Shown one piece after another: positions 29,467 to 39,976 of a stretch of 64,000 nt of DNA. Numbering within the stretch: position 1 is the first letter of the stretch; each line of letters starts with the position of its first letter. The DNA lies in contig CAWKHF010000002.1 of assembly GCA_963849325.1 (NCBI GenBank), positions 864,001 to 928,000 of the forward strand, read 5' to 3'. The position numbers and the translations under genes were made by a program. Below the pieces are notes generated by a model that had not been told where the DNA came from, did no database searches, and saw only the letters and a program-made list of their open reading frames with translations. Source of the stretch: an uncultured Planctomycetota bacterium (GTDB lineage Bacteria; Planctomycetota; Planctomycetia; Gemmatales; Gemmataceae).

Positions 29467-32400
29467 TCAGCGGAGGTCTTCCGCCAGGATGCGGTAATAC
29501 TCTTCAACGAGCGCCTTGTACTGCGGCGGCACCGGCTCATCCCGGTCGAGCAGAGGCGTCCTTGAGGATGAATCTCTTGTATCCGCATTTGCAAAGCCTT
29601 GACGACGTTTTGAACGCTCTCGGTGTACTCGCGCGGCGGGACGTAGGCGCCTTGTGAGGGGTTGGCGACGTTTTCGCGCCGGGTCCAGCCGCCGCCGCGG
29701 CGCACGGCGCCGGCCAGTGCCTCGGCGGCGGCGGTCAGTTTGCCGTCCGCCGGTCGAAGCGCCTCCATCGCGTCGCGCAGGTCGGCGACCTTCTTCTCGG
29801 CCTCCGCCTTTTGCCGTTCGTTGTTCACCGCATCGAGGGCTTTCTGCGTCTGGGCCGCCTGCTTCTCGGCCGCGATCAGTTTGGCGAGCTGCGGCTGGAC
29901 GAGGCCGCGATGAGCGGCTTCCAGCTGTTGCGCCAGACCGCCGAGCCGGCGCGCCGATTCGTCCATGTCGCGGCGGGCGGCCTCGGATCGGCCGGCCTGG
30001 AGTGCGTCGGCGGCCCGACGCATCTGCTCGACAATGGCGGATGGCGGATTGGACTCACCGGCTCGGCGCAGCTCGTCGGCGAGTCGCGGGTTACTCCCGG
30101 CCGCGTCACTCTGGAGCCGGGCGAGCAGGTCCGCCAACGTGCGCGCTTCCTCCGTCAAACCACGCTGGCCGTCCGACTGCCTCTTCTCCTCACCCCGCTT
30201 GTCGCCGCTGCTGCCCTTTGCTTGCGCCGGTTGTTCCAACTCGTGCTGCTGCCGGGCGAGCTGTCGGGCCAGGCTTTGACCGTGGGCCAGACGTGAGGCA
30301 AGCTCGGCGGCCTTGAGGCCGGCCACCTGGCGCGCCAGCCGTTCCAGCTGCTCCGCTGCTTCCGCTGCCTGCTGGGCTGCCTCACGCCCCTGACTCTTTT
30401 GCAACGATCTCTCACTCGCGCCAATCGCTTCGGCGGCGGCGTCCATGCGTTCGCGGGCCAGATCGGTTAGCGCTTCGTCCTGGCGCACCTGCCGCCGCAG
30501 TTCCTCGGCCTGCTGGGCCGCCTTCTGCTGGCGATCGCTCGGACTGCCCTTTGTTTCAGACAACGTCCTGGAGGACGCACCGCTACGGCCGGCGATCTCC
30601 TTCGCAATCTTCTTCTCCTCTTGCGCCAGTTTTTCGATCTGCTCTTGCAGTTTGGCGCGTTCGGCCTTGTCGTCTTTGCGGGGCGGCTTGCGGAGCTTCT
30701 GATGCTGCTGGGCGTCGTATTTGCGACAGGCGCTGGCGCATTTGCTGTCGCTCAGCAGCTTGCGCAGATTTTGCCGGGCCTTCATCAACTCCGTCAGCGC
30801 CGCCTGCTCGGACTCGCTGCCGGCCTTGATGTCCTTCTTGTCGAGGGCCGTTGTGGCTTTCTCCATCGCTTCCCGAGCCGCGTGCAGACACGGGATGGGA
30901 CCGAAACGCTGCTCCAATCCGTCGGTGAACTCGGTCGTGGCCTCGGACAGCTCGCGCTCGGCCTGGGACAGACGCCGGCACGTCCGCGTATCGACGGCCG
31001 GCTGCTCCGATTGGGCGAAGGTGTGTCGCAGGTTCTGACGCTGACGGGCGATCAACTCTTCCAGTGTCGTCGAATTGCCCTTGCAGCAGCCGCCGCCCTC
31101 GACGAGTTGATACGTCCGCTTGTAGGGCCGTATGTCGATGAATTGCAGCTCCGTGGTCGTGCACTGCGGTCGGGTGGGGTGATTGTCCTCGGCGAAGGCG
31201 TAATATGTCACCCCGTCCTGAAATCCGACGCGGTGCTCTTCCAGGGCCAGCGTCGCCTCGGCCTGGAGCGTCGGCGGCTGACCAGGATCTTGGTGCAGAT
31301 AGAGCGCCTTTTTCGATCCGTTACCGATCTGGTAGACGATGCCGACCTTGCTCAATCCGAAATCGTCCCCGGCCTCGATTTTCATGCGGACCTCGGTGCT
31401 GGGCGTGACCTCGATCGGGTCGCTGGGACGGACGAAGCGAATTGTCGGCCGGCGGTCGGTCTGCACCCGGATGCGCGAGCGCGACGGCTCCAGCCTCATG
31501 CCGTCGGCAGCCTCCGCGATGATTTCGTATTCCCGCTCGCTCTCGACGGATGGCAGCTCACCGGTCAGTTCGTTCCCTTGAATCGTCAGCGGGACGGACG
31601 GCAGACTACCGTCTGCTTTCGCTGCGGTGCCAGCCGAGTAGAGCAACAGTTTCGCCGTCCGCGGCTTGCGGTCGAGGCTGATGCGAAAACGAACCGACGA
31701 GCCGGCGATGACCTGGAATTCCCTGTCCTTCACGGTCACGGCCGGCTTGCGCGTGTAGGCGGGCGGCTGGATCGTGGCCTCGAACTTCTGGAGCAGCAGC
31801 GGATGAAGGACGGTCAGATGATAGACCGGACTTTCGACCGGCCCGGCGACGACTCGATATTCGAGATCCTTGTCGCAGTTCGCCAGGTTGGTGCGAAGCG
31901 TGCCGAGGAGTCGGGGCGAACCATCCGTGGGCACGTCCAGCGGAGCGAGCGAGAGCCTCATCCAGTCCTCGACACTCCCTGTCGGGCGATAGCACAGATC
32001 GACCGCCGCGACTGGCCGGCCGGTCAGCGTCGCCTCAATCGGGACATCGCTCCCCGCCTTCAGGATGTGATCGCCGGGCTTTACCGCCAACCGCGTGTAG
32101 TGGGTCGGCACGAGCAACAGGCGCAGGGCGGCGGTTCGCAGTTCCTCGTTGCCGAGAAGCAGGACGAGATACACCATCGCCAATCCGGCCAGGGCGGTGC
32201 CAAGCCAGCGCAGGGAACGCCAGGGAATCAGAGCGCGGAAATCGAGTTCCCTGGTGCGTCGCGTGGTATCCGTGGCGAGGGCGTCGATTAACTCCGCCGA
32301 GGCGGGGGAAAGATTCGAGGCCGGCTCCGTGTATTCGAGTGTGGTGCGGACGCGCTGCCCGAGTTGAGGAAAAGCCGTCTCCGCTTCCGCCGCCGCATCC

Positions 32401-32639
32401 TGACGACGGAACCTTGGCCCGTTCACCACCAGACGACCGAGCAAGATCACCGTCACTACAGCGAGGCTCAGCAAACCGACCGTCCGAACGCCGGTGTTGA
32501 GTACCCATAGCCAGTCGGCGGCGGCCAGCAAGCCGGCCAATATCAGGACGATCAGGGCAACGCGGAGCAGGCAGCGCGTCCGGCCAAAGCGCTCCATGTC
32601 CCGGCGAGTCGTCTCCAATTTCTCGACTAGAACGTGCAT
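29467..32639 (-). CDS. DUF4175-like large membrane-anchored coiled-coil protein (two +1 indels near 29555-29572)
   Basis: Three N-terminal TMs, Ig-like PPAYT and DDFGL segments, long Q/E/A-rich helical region; corrected end RDEPVPPQYKALVEEYYRILAEDLR*. Confidence 0.8.
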
Positions 32640-32653
32640 CGGCTAGACTCCTC

Positions 32654-32750
32654 GAAGAATTTCACCACGGATTACACGGATAACACGGATAAAAAACAAG
32701 CCGATCTTCTTTTATCCGTGTTATCCGTGTAATCCGTGGTGAAATTCTTC
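32654..32750. repeat. Perfect inverted repeat built from 9-bp tandem units (ACACGGATW)
   Basis: 41-bp perfect arms GAAGAATTTCACCACGGATTACACGGATAACACGGATAAAA (32654-32694 and 32710-32750), 15-nt loop. Confidence 0.97.
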
Positions 32751-32765
32751 CTCCTCCCATCATGC

Positions 32766-34721
32766 TCAGGCGTGGGTCCGGTTGGCGAGAAAAATCTCGA
32801 TGACCAGGGCCAGAAACAGGCCCCAAACCACATAGACCCATAACTCATCCGGGCGCTGACTTCCAGCCGGGACAGCACTCGCCGCATCCGCCCGCTGTTG
32901 TTTCTCGCCGCCGTCCGGCTCGGCCAGATGGAACAGCTCGCGGAATTGCCGCACTGTGAAGCGCTCGCTTTCAGATTCGGCCGCGTCGAGATTGCGGACC
33001 ACGACGGCGCGGCCGGATGGGGTGATCCCCGGTGGGTTCTCGCGGCCGGGGCCGGTATCCGCGACCCGGACGCGCTGGTTCTCCGGCAGACGCTCGGCGA
33101 GATAACCGACCAGCTGATGCACCAAAGGGACGTAGAGGCGGCTTTGCGGCCAGTTGCCCCAATCGCGGTCGGCGGCGGTGGCGACGAGCAGGATGGTGCC
33201 GTCGCCCAGCCGAGATTCCACGATCAGCGGTTCGCCGCCGCTCGTGGCGGCCAGCACCTTCGAGCCGCCCCTCGGCTTGAGCCGGGTGATGTGCAGAAAA
33301 GCGAGGCGGCGCAAGTCTCCCTGCTGCGGGTCGGACAGCGGACGGAAAATCGGATGCTCCTTGTCCCAGGTGGCGAAGGGGAACCAATCGGGTCCGGCCG
33401 TTCCTTCGAGGACGGTCGGGACGAGGCCGGCTGCTCGCAACAGTTCGTAACCTTCCGGCCGGACGCGCCCGCCCGTGAAGATGAGCACACCGCCGCCCGC
33501 CGATACAAAATCGCGCAGCTTCCTGACGTCCGGCTCAGCAAGGCCAGGCACATTACACAACACCACCACGCGATAGCGCTTCAGCTCATCCAGGAACGCT
33601 CCGTCTCTCCACGCGAGGCGGATCGGCTCGTAGGAGGTGAGCGATGGCCCCTTGTCCGGCAGACGTAGACGCAGGGCCGCTTCCAGGTAGTACGTCTCAT
33701 TCGTGTACACCGTGCGCCCTGGCTCGCCGTCCACCAGCAGTACACGGTCGGACGCGCGCGCCTCGAAGGCCAGCCAGCGCCGATCATCCAGCGGGAAATC
33801 ATCGCCGCCGACGACCTCTACGAAGCCGGTGTACAGGCCGGCCTGGGAGATCGACACGGAGAAGCGAACCTCCTCGACGGAAACCGAATCGACCGGAAGG
33901 ACTTTCACCTGCTCAACCTTGTCGGCACCTTCGAGCATCAGACGAACGCGGACGTCTCGGATCGGAAAAGGGCTTGTGTTGCGCACCTGAGCGACGACGA
34001 CAATTGGCTCGCCGAGACGAAGGAGCGTTTGCGGCGCCTCGGCCCGCACGACGGCCAGGTTTCGCAGGGACGGTTTACCGACCTCCACCACCGTCACGGG
34101 GATGTCGGGGAGACCCTGCGAATCGTCGGCGCGCAGCCCGGCGCGTTGCAGATCGCTGAACAGAAAGATTTGCCGCCGACGGCGCGGCGACAGCACGAGT
34201 TGATCGCGCGCCCAGCGGATCGCTTGGGAATAGTCCGTCCCAGCGTATCCCGCCTGACGGGCGGGATCGATACGAGCCTCGGCGGCCGGCTGCACGCCGC
34301 CGGCATCGAAATAGGCCAGGTGGACCGCCGTTTGTTCGGGCAGTTCCTTGAGGACTTTCGCGGCGGCCTGCTGGGCCAGGGTGAAGAACGTGCGCCCCGA
34401 CGGAGCGACGCTCATGCTCGCCGACTGGTCGATGAGGAGAATCACTTCATGGTCTCGGCCGTCGTCTCCCGCGCCCTTGAGATAAGGCCGAGCGAACAGC
34501 AGCGCGAGCAGCAGGACGATGGCCGTTCGCAGAGCCAGCAGCAGCCAGCGCCGCAGCTTTCGCCGCCGCGTACTGTCCTGGAGGACGCGCTGAAGGAAGC
34601 GTATTGAACCGATCTCCACCCTCCGCGCTCGCGGCCGCAGCAGCAGATGGAGGGCGATCGGCACCGCCACCGCCGCGGTCGCGGCCAGAAAGCCCAGGTG
34701 GATGAGTCCAAGTCCCGTCAT
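32766..34721 (-). CDS. BatA N-terminal double-TM + vWA domain protein
   Basis: AVPIALHLL..GSIRFL..LLLALR..LLFARP; LIDQSASM; DDFPLDDRRW; YVPLVHQLVGYL. Confidence 0.88.
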   Translation of the reverse strand: MTGLGLIHLGFLAATAAVAVPIALHLLLRPRARRVEIGSIRFLQRVLQDSTRRRKLRRWLLLALRTAIVLLLALLFARPYLKGAGDDGRDHEVILLIDQSASMSVAPSGRTFFTLAQQAAAKVLKELPEQTAVHLAYFDAGGVQPAAEARIDPARQAGYAGTDYSQAIRWARDQLVLSPRRRRQIFLFSDLQRAGLRADDSQGLPDIPVTVVEVGKPSLRNLAVVRAEAPQTLLRLGEPIVVVAQVRNTSPFPIRDVRVRLMLEGADKVEQVKVLPVDSVSVEEVRFSVSISQAGLYTGFVEVVGGDDFPLDDRRWLAFEARASDRVLLVDGEPGRTVYTNETYYLEAALRLRLPDKGPSLTSYEPIRLAWRDGAFLDELKRYRVVVLCNVPGLAEPDVRKLRDFVSAGGGVLIFTGGRVRPEGYELLRAAGLVPTVLEGTAGPDWFPFATWDKEHPIFRPLSDPQQGDLRRLAFLHITRLKPRGGSKVLAATSGGEPLIVESRLGDGTILLVATAADRDWGNWPQSRLYVPLVHQLVGYLAERLPENQRVRVADTGPGRENPPGITPSGRAVVVRNLDAAESESERFTVRQFRELFHLAEPDGGEKQQRADAASAVPAGSQRPDELWVYVVWGLFLALVIEIFLANRTHA

Positions 34722-34725
34722 GATC

Positions 34726-35634
34726 TCAGTACTGTTGCGACCGCCGGGCCAGGTAATCGTACAGTGCCTGCGCCAACGGTTGATCCGTCGTCAAGGCCAC
34801 GCGCTCGATGTCGCGCGTCCGGCAGCCCTGCTCGACCTCCTCGAACCAACGACCCAGCGCCGCCTCGTAAGCCGGATGAATGTCCTCCGCCTGCGCCACC
34901 ACTTCCGCGCCCGTCTCCAAGTCGTGAAATCGAATCGCTCCCTCCACGGGCAGCCAGCGCTCCAGGGGATCAAGCACCTGGAAGAGAAGGACATCATGGC
35001 CCAGGAAGCGGAAGTGATCGAGTGCGGCGAAAAGCTCGACTGAATCGTAAAACAGATCGCTGACGAGCACCACCATGCCGCGTCGGGGCATCAACTCCGC
35101 GACCTCGTGCAGCACCCGCGCCGACTCGACCCGTGTTTGCAGCGGCGTGCGTGTGAGGACTTCGAGGACGGCTTCGAGTTGATTGGACTTGGCCCGAGGC
35201 TTGAGGTGGTCCAGGATGCCGCCCGCGAACAGGGTCAGCCCCACGGCGTCGCGCTGCGTCAGGGCCAGGTGGGCCAGCGCCGCGGCCAGGCAGGTGGCGT
35301 AGTGCTGCTTGCTCAGTCCGCCGCTGCGCGTGGTCATCGACCCGCTCCAATCGACCAGCAGGTGCAGGTCGAGGTTGGTCTCGGCGTCGTACTGCTTGAC
35401 GTAGAGACGGTCGTGCCGGCCATAGAGCTTCCAGTTGAGGTGGCGCAGGTCGTCGCCGGGCAGGTACTCGCGGTGCGAGGCGAACTCGACGGAGAAGCCG
35501 ACGTAGGGGCTGCGGTGCAAGCCCTGCAAGAAGCCCTCCACCGCCGTCCGCGCGATCAGCTCCAGATCCTCCAGCGTGGCGAAGAACGCGGGATCGATCA
35601 GCGGGCCGGCGGCGCGGTCGAGATCGAGCTTCAT
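34726..35634 (-). CDS. DUF58 family protein
   Basis: GLHRSPYVGFSVEFASHREYLPGDDLRHLNWK, LVDWSGSM, VLVSDL. Confidence 0.95.
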   Translation of the reverse strand: MKLDLDRAAGPLIDPAFFATLEDLELIARTAVEGFLQGLHRSPYVGFSVEFASHREYLPGDDLRHLNWKLYGRHDRLYVKQYDAETNLDLHLLVDWSGSMTTRSGGLSKQHYATCLAAALAHLALTQRDAVGLTLFAGGILDHLKPRAKSNQLEAVLEVLTRTPLQTRVESARVLHEVAELMPRRGMVVLVSDLFYDSVELFAALDHFRFLGHDVLLFQVLDPLERWLPVEGAIRFHDLETGAEVVAQAEDIHPAYEAALGRWFEEVEQGCRTRDIERVALTTDQPLAQALYDYLARRSQQY

Positions 35635-36641
35635 TTCTCGTGTACCGTCTCGAGGAGCCGTTGGATGAGGGCGTCGGCGTCCACGCCCTCGGCGCGGGCG
35701 TGGAAGTTCAGCACCAGCCGGTGCCGCAGGACCGGCACGGCCACCGCACGAACATCGGCGAAATCGACGTGGAACTGGCCGCGCAGGATCGCCCGCGCCT
35801 TCGCCCCCAGGATCAGGTATTGCGAGGCGCGCGGGCTGGCGCCGTAGCGCACAAATCGATGGATGGCGTCATTCTTCGCTCCGTAGCCGGGCCGCGAAGC
35901 TCCGGCCAGATGGACGGCGTAGCGCACCACCGCGTCGGCGACCGGCACGCCGCGCACCAGCTCCTGCAGGCGCACGACCTCGGCGGCGGCCAGCACCGGC
36001 GACACGTCTGTCTGGACGTTCGCCGTGGTGTTCTTGACGATGGACACCTCCTCGTCGGGCGTCGGATACGTCACCGGCACGTTGAACATGAAGCGGTCGA
36101 GCTGCGCCTCCGGCAGCGGATACGTCCCTTCCTGCTCGATCGGGTTCTGCGTGGCGACCACGAAGAACGGCGGTTCGAGCGGATAGGTCCGCCGGCCGAC
36201 CGACACCTCCCGCTCCTGCATCGCCTGGAGCAGAGCAGCCTGCGTCTTGGGCGGAGCGCGGTTGATCTCGTCGGCCAGCAGGAAGTTGGTGAACAGCGGG
36301 CCGGGGAAGAATTCGAGCTTGCGCCGCCCGCTTTCGGGGTCTTCCTCGATGATGTCGGTCCCGGTGATGTCGGACGGCATCAGGTCGGGCGTGAACTGGA
36401 TACGGCGATAGTCCATGTCCAGGGCGCGGGCCAGCGTCCGGGCCATGAGCGTCTTGCCCAGCCCCGGCACGCCGAGCAGCAGGACGTGGCCGCGCCACAG
36501 CAGGGCGATCAGCAGATCTTCGACCACGGCATCCTGACCGACGACGAGCTTGGCGATTTCCGTCTTGAGCTTGACGTGGGCCTCGGCCAGTCGGGCGACG
36601 GCGGCAGACCCTTCGCGCTCGGAGGTTTGCTTGGGAGTCAA
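35631..36641 (-). CDS. MoxR family AAA+ ATPase
   Basis: GVPGLGKT, RIQFTPDLMPSD, LADEINRAPPKTQAALL, ATQNPIEQEGTYPLPEAQLDRF. Confidence 0.97.
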   Translation of the reverse strand: MTPKQTSEREGSAAVARLAEAHVKLKTEIAKLVVGQDAVVEDLLIALLWRGHVLLLGVPGLGKTLMARTLARALDMDYRRIQFTPDLMPSDITGTDIIEEDPESGRRKLEFFPGPLFTNFLLADEINRAPPKTQAALLQAMQEREVSVGRRTYPLEPPFFVVATQNPIEQEGTYPLPEAQLDRFMFNVPVTYPTPDEEVSIVKNTTANVQTDVSPVLAAAEVVRLQELVRGVPVADAVVRYAVHLAGASRPGYGAKNDAIHRFVRYGASPRASQYLILGAKARAILRGQFHVDFADVRAVAVPVLRHRLVLNFHARAEGVDADALIQRLLETVHEK

Positions 36642-36659
36642 GGACGAATCCTCGTTGGG

Positions 36660-36730
36660 AAGAGTGGTTAGTGGCTAGTGGCGAGGGAAGACGCTGCTTC
36701 TTCCCTCGCCACTAGCCACTAACCACTCTT
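36660..36730. repeat. Perfect inverted repeat built from 7-bp tandem units (TAGTGGY)
   Basis: 32-bp perfect arms AAGAGTGGTTAGTGGCTAGTGGCGAGGGAAGA (36660-36691 and 36699-36730), 7-nt loop; includes the last codons and TAG of the upstream gene. Confidence 0.95.
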
Positions 36731-37582
36731 TGGCCGCGTTTGCACCGGCAAGAAGGTCCGAGCCGCGCGAGCACCGTCGGCCGTCGGCTTTTTCCCCTTC
36801 TCGCCGTCCACAATCGGTTCCTCCGTGCCGCTGCCGTCGCCGTCATCGTCGAGTTGGGCATGTTCGGTCGGCGTGCGTTTGTCGGCGGCGAAACGAGCCT
36901 CGACCTCAGCGACTGTGCGTCGATACAACTCTAGCACGGAAACCTTGCCGTCCTTGTCGGCTTCGAGGCGTTCGACGGGGAGTTTCGTCGCGGCGGCCAG
37001 CGCCTCGGGGAACTCGGTTTCGTTGAACTCCTCGTCCGCCGCCGTGGCCGTGATGACGATGCGGCCCCGGACGGACAACGACCGCAAGAACCAACCCGAC
37101 GCCAACGTCGTGATCCAGAAGACCTGCTCTCGACACTCGATTCCGGCGAACAGTTTGCCGAGTTGGTCCTCGTGCAAGTCCGGGCCGGGGAGGTGAAACG
37201 AAGCGTGCTCCCCATCGTAGTTGCCGTGACCGAGCAGGAAGACCCACAGCCGATCCTCCCGGCCGAGCGCCCGTTTGAGGTCGGCTACCTCGCGTTCAAT
37301 TGCCGCTCGCTCGGCGGACCCTTTCGCCAGGCCGGCCTTGCCCGCCCGCCCGAAGAGGATGCGGACGTCGGCGGGAGCGAAGCCGAGCGTATCGGTCAAC
37401 CAGGTGCGCCATTGCCGGCTGATGTCGGCGAAGCGTTTCTCATGCTCGGCGTCGCCGGGCAATCCGACCACGATCAGGGCATGACTTTTTCCGGGCCGCG
37501 CACCCGGTGTCTCGGCTTGCGGCGCAGTTCCCATGCCGAGCACAGCCAGCGCCAGCGCAATGCCAACCAGGAGAAGCCTCAT
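36719..37582 (-). CDS. Secreted caspase/C13-fold-like hypothetical protein
   Basis: Signal peptide; HALIVVGLPGD, LWVFLLGHG, RIVITAT, EF-hand-like ADKDGKVSVLELY, TEHAQLDDDGDG. Confidence 0.7.
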   Translation of the reverse strand: MRLLLVGIALALAVLGMGTAPQAETPGARPGKSHALIVVGLPGDAEHEKRFADISRQWRTWLTDTLGFAPADVRILFGRAGKAGLAKGSAERAAIEREVADLKRALGREDRLWVFLLGHGNYDGEHASFHLPGPDLHEDQLGKLFAGIECREQVFWITTLASGWFLRSLSVRGRIVITATAADEEFNETEFPEALAAATKLPVERLEADKDGKVSVLELYRRTVAEVEARFAADKRTPTEHAQLDDDGDGSGTEEPIVDGEKGKKPTADGARAARTFLPVQTRPKSG

Positions 37583-37874
37583 GGTTTGCTCCGTCTCCGT
37601 GCAGGTCGTGGCCCCGTTTCTCGTTGAACTCCCGTCCTTCTTGTAGCACCAAGGGAGGGGGCGGTAAACACAAAACTCCGCTGAAGCCAAAAGGGGAGCG
37701 GCCGATTTTTCGATAACCTTGTGCTTGCCTTCTCGGATCGTCTCGTTTATCCTGCCAGCCGGACGCGCCGAGGCGCCATCGTCTGGACGTTCCCCGACGC
37801 CAACCCAAACCTACCTGCCTCGGACAGCACTCACCCGATCACTCGCACTCCCACCAACCTTCGGAGGTCTACCC

Positions 37875-39155
37875 ATGAACCTTCCGCGCTTCCGCTCCCG
37901 CGGCGCTCGTTCCCTCTCTCTCCTCGTCTCGCTGGTCACCGCTCTCTTTTTGTCTGCCTCCAGCGCGGGTCTGGCCGGCAACTGGCCCGCCTGGCGCGGA
38001 TCGACCGGTGCCGGCTACAGCGACGAGACCGACCTGCCCCTCACCTGGGGCGGCAAGAGCGACGACAACGTCCTGTGGAAGGTGGACCTCAAGGGCAAGA
38101 GTTTTTCCAGCCCCATCGTTTGGGGCGATCGCGTCTTCCTCACCAACGCGCCGCGGCAGTCCGATGCCAACGTCAAGAACAAGATCGTCCCGGAGCACTG
38201 GGTCCTCTGCTACGACGCCGCCGACGGCAAGGAATTATGGCGCACGACCGTCCCTCATGGCGATTTCGCCGACGGTTATTACACCATCCCAACCCCCGCG
38301 ACCGATGGCAAACGAGTCTATGTCTGGTTCGGCTCGGGCGTGATGGCCGCGCTGGATTTCGACGGCAAGATCGTCTGGCGGCGTGAGATCTCGGGGCCGT
38401 ACCACGTCTATCCCGGCGTCAGCAGCAGTCCGCTTCTGTACAAGGACGCCGTTCTCCTCCTCTGCGACCAGGGCAAGGAATCGTTCCTTCTCGCCCTGGA
38501 CAAAAAGAGTGGGGAAGTGAAGTGGGAGAAGAAACGGCCCAAGATCAGCGGTAGCACCAACAGCAGCCCGATCCTCATGCCGGTCCACGGCAAGACACAG
38601 ATGATGGTCGCCACCGCCAAGGTTCTCCAGGGCGTGGACCCGGACAGCGGGGAAGTCCTGTGGTGGTGCGGCAAGGATGGCGGTTACTGGACGTCGCTGA
38701 CCTACGGCTCCGGCCTGGTCTATACCGACAGCGGCGGAGGCCGCGGTGTCGCCGTCGATCCGAGCGGCGAGGGGGACATCAGCAAGAGTTCGGTCAAATG
38801 GACGCACAACAAGGTGCCCGAGGGTCTCGGCTGCCCCCTCATCGTCGGCGATTACCTTTACCGCGTCCACAAACCCGGCGTGCTCAAGTGCTGGAAGCTG
38901 TCCAGCGGCGAACAGGTCTATGACGAGCGGTTAGAGAACCTTTCCTTCCTGGCCAGCCCCATTGCGACGCCGGACGGGCGCATCTACATCGCCAGCCCGC
39001 GCCGCAGTTACGTTCTCAAGGCCGGCCCCAAACTGGAAGTGCTGGCGACGAATAGTCTCAAGGATGGCGGAGACGATGGCCCTTCCCCCGCCGTGGCGAA
39101 CGGGCGCATCTTTCTGAAGACGACCGGCCGACTCTACTGTATCGGCAAGAAGTGA
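37875..39155 (+). CDS. Secreted PQQ-binding-like beta-propeller repeat protein
   Basis: GGAGG RBS; signal peptide; NWPAWRG, SSPIVWGDRVFLT, TPATDGKRVYV, SPAVANGRIFL. Confidence 0.9.
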   Translation: MNLPRFRSRGARSLSLLVSLVTALFLSASSAGLAGNWPAWRGSTGAGYSDETDLPLTWGGKSDDNVLWKVDLKGKSFSSPIVWGDRVFLTNAPRQSDANVKNKIVPEHWVLCYDAADGKELWRTTVPHGDFADGYYTIPTPATDGKRVYVWFGSGVMAALDFDGKIVWRREISGPYHVYPGVSSSPLLYKDAVLLLCDQGKESFLLALDKKSGEVKWEKKRPKISGSTNSSPILMPVHGKTQMMVATAKVLQGVDPDSGEVLWWCGKDGGYWTSLTYGSGLVYTDSGGGRGVAVDPSGEGDISKSSVKWTHNKVPEGLGCPLIVGDYLYRVHKPGVLKCWKLSSGEQVYDERLENLSFLASPIATPDGRIYIASPRRSYVLKAGPKLEVLATNSLKDGGDDGPSPAVANGRIFLKTTGRLYCIGKK

Positions 39156-39427
39156 CGGCGACTACGAGCGGGACGCCCGCGCTCTGGAGCGCGGAACGTC
39201 CTGCCCGCAGGACAAACGAGGGCTGTCCCTCAGATTCGTCCTTGCTAGAATAGCCCCTCACTCACTTCCTCCCGCACTCGCCGGGAGGACGCTTCTCCTC
39301 CACCCGCCTGCAACGACGCAGCGCCGGCCCGAATCGCCCGGACGGACGTTCCGCCGAGCGGAGGAGATTGCGCCATGGCATCCGCGGCTCGCAAACGCGA
39401 GCCGACCTTCGATGAGAGGAGATCGAT

Positions 39428-39967
39428 GTGGCACCTTCCACGAAAACCGCCCTGCCGCACGTGAGCGAATTACCGATCCCGCTGGAGAGGGACGTCTTCC
39501 TGCGCACGCTGATCCGGGAGTTGGCCGGGACGCTTCAGGATGTGGTCGGACTGGAGGAAGCGTCCGGCTTCGTCAGCGTCGTCGGCCAAAAAGTCGGCGA
39601 CTGGATCAACGACCAATACAAAGCCGCCCTGGACGTGTCGAACCTGACGCGGCGGCAGGTCGCCGATGTGCTGGTGGACTTGAAGCGGCGCATCCAGGGC
39701 GATTTCTACGTCATCGAGGAGAGCGACGACAAGATCGTGCTGGGCAACCGGGCCTGTCCGTTCGCCAACAAGGTCGCCGGCCGGCCGGCCCTGTGCATGA
39801 TGACGTCCAACGTCTTCGGCGTCGTCGCCGCCGAGAACCTGGGCTATGCCAAGGTCGTCCTCGAAGAAACCATCGCCCGAGGGGATGCCGGTTGCCGGGT
39901 CGTCATCCATCTGAAAGCGACGCCGGGTGCGGAAAAGGCGAAAGGCCGGGAATACTTCAAGGGGTAG
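39428..39967 (+). CDS. Methanogen output domain 1 (MetOD1, V4R-like) protein
   Basis: [68 protein letters not shown]. Confidence 0.85.
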   Translation: MAPSTKTALPHVSELPIPLERDVFLRTLIRELAGTLQDVVGLEEASGFVSVVGQKVGDWINDQYKAALDVSNLTRRQVADVLVDLKRRIQGDFYVIEESDDKIVLGNRACPFANKVAGRPALCMMTSNVFGVVAAENLGYAKVVLEETIARGDAGCRVVIHLKATPGAEKAKGREYFKG

Positions 39968-39976
39968 CCGACCGAC

